Assembly: GCA_010015585.1 (NCBI GenBank)
Contig: ML975154.1
Strand: one strand, 5' to 3'
Length of the DNA: 62,200 nt
DNA from: Eremomyces bilateralis CBS 781.70
Taxonomy: Eukaryota
A program made the position numbers and the translations under genes. This document shows, one piece after another, positions 61,192 to 62,200 of this stretch (the stretch's first letter is position 1; every line of letters begins with the position of its first letter). The notes beneath the pieces were generated by a model. That model was not told the DNA's origin and searched no databases. It worked only from the letters and a program-made list of their open reading frames with translations.

Positions 61192-62200
61192 TAGAACTGC
61201 GACCCGCTGATATATATCGATGAATGGGGAATTGTCCAGGCCCTGTGCCCAAGGAAGAAAAAAGGATTTTGCAACCTCGAAGGTTGGGCCTGGTCAAAAC
61301 TTCATCAAAGGACGTATATCTGGCCCTGAAAGCACGCTGTGCTAGAGCGCGGCCAATGATGTGACTAGCAAGGCAGACCAGTCGGTATGGCAAAATGGCC
61401 ACGGCAAACTCGCACGCAGGGCTCACAGGCTTCAGGGAAGCTACTCGCAGTTTGTTTTCTGCCATTCGGATTCGTACGAACACGTTCGTTTTCCCCCCAA
61501 CGTTGGCGAGTCCTATCCTGACGTCTATATATTTCAAGTTTCTAGGACATTCAGTCCAGAATCCGCCAATTGCCATATAGAGCATGATCATGGCGAAATC
61601 GCTAAGTTATGCCGTAGAGTGGAGGATATCGCGGTGTCGATTCAGGAGAGCCTGCATAATGACTACTATATCCTGAGCACTCGCGGCCCACTTTCGGCGC
61701 TTAAGTTCGTTAAAGATACCGGTAAGCAAAGGAAGGTCGTGGACAATCCACTACAGAGACGTTAGTATCCTTCTCCGTACAAATAGAGAGCAGACCTCAT
61801 ATTAGAAATCTCCCACACGGGTCCTGAAATCAGTTTTCCACTTGGATTAGCGAGCCCCCATTGCCTCGCAGTGTGCCTATTCTCTCTTCTTTTAGGTGTA
61901 AGAACTGCTTAGTCTCCTTCCTGCACAAGAGCTCTCCACAAAGTAAGGACGGTTAATACTCGATTAACCTGTCGGACCTCGTCGGATTCTTGATCTCCCA
62001 ACGCAACCCGAGAGACCCAAGAGTCGGAGACATAGGTCTAGAGAAAGGCACAACATGTATCCTAGGCCAAGGCTACCTCCACTGGTGAAGAGCTGCAAAG
62101 GGATAACCAGCTCCCAGGTATCGTCCGGCTCGCGGTGTAGGACGTCGCAAACGTATCTAGAGGATGTGAGTGTAGGTCATAGGCATGATAAGTCCAGGTG
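61192..62200 (-). pseudogene. DUF3435 tyrosine recombinase (captain) copy B; C-terminal part missing, N-terminus beyond the window
   Basis: 61192-62110 aligns colinearly with about 53386-54299 of copy A. Differences in the stretch compared are mostly transitions. Confidence 0.85.

Larger units (their letters stand above)
55370..62200 (-). mobile_element. Derelict Starship-like element B: distal end joined to a split 5S gene, captain at the right, extending beyond the window
   Basis: 5S truncation at 55369, captain copy B at 61192-62200 in the same orientation as copy A, and degenerate ORFs and nested TEs in between. Confidence 0.6.

Noticed and set aside
61209..61218. Extra 4 nt (TATA) in captain B as a transposon excision footprint
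   Set aside because: A pure (TA)n expansion is equally explained by slippage, and no TIR-derived bases are present.

Overview
This is a filamentous ascomycete (Pezizomycotina-type) nuclear window with short spliceosomal introns and three assembly gaps. Bases 1 to about 41,000 are gene-dense core genome: DUS3, xylitol dehydrogenase, an Rrg1/Efm2-like methyltransferase, VPS28, NOC2, a GH76 enzyme, VCX1, RSM7, two divergent transcription factors, MIM2, RFC2, NPL4 and an S10 carboxypeptidase. One intact Tc1 (DD34E) element sits in a dead APH-like gene there. From about 42,000 to the end the window is accessory. It holds a HET-NACHT-ankyrin-ZZ NLR, a LINE relic, a kinase/WD40/C2H2 chimera, a RIP-degraded gypsy gag and an intact pogo/Fot1 element. 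The most notable feature is two decayed copies of a DUF3435-type tyrosine recombinase (Starship 'captain') on either side of a short tandem 5S rDNA cluster. The outer two 5S copies are split at the same 8-bp core (GGGAACTC), which points to repeated site-specific integration into 5S rDNA. All assignments come from reading motifs by eye; no database searches were run.
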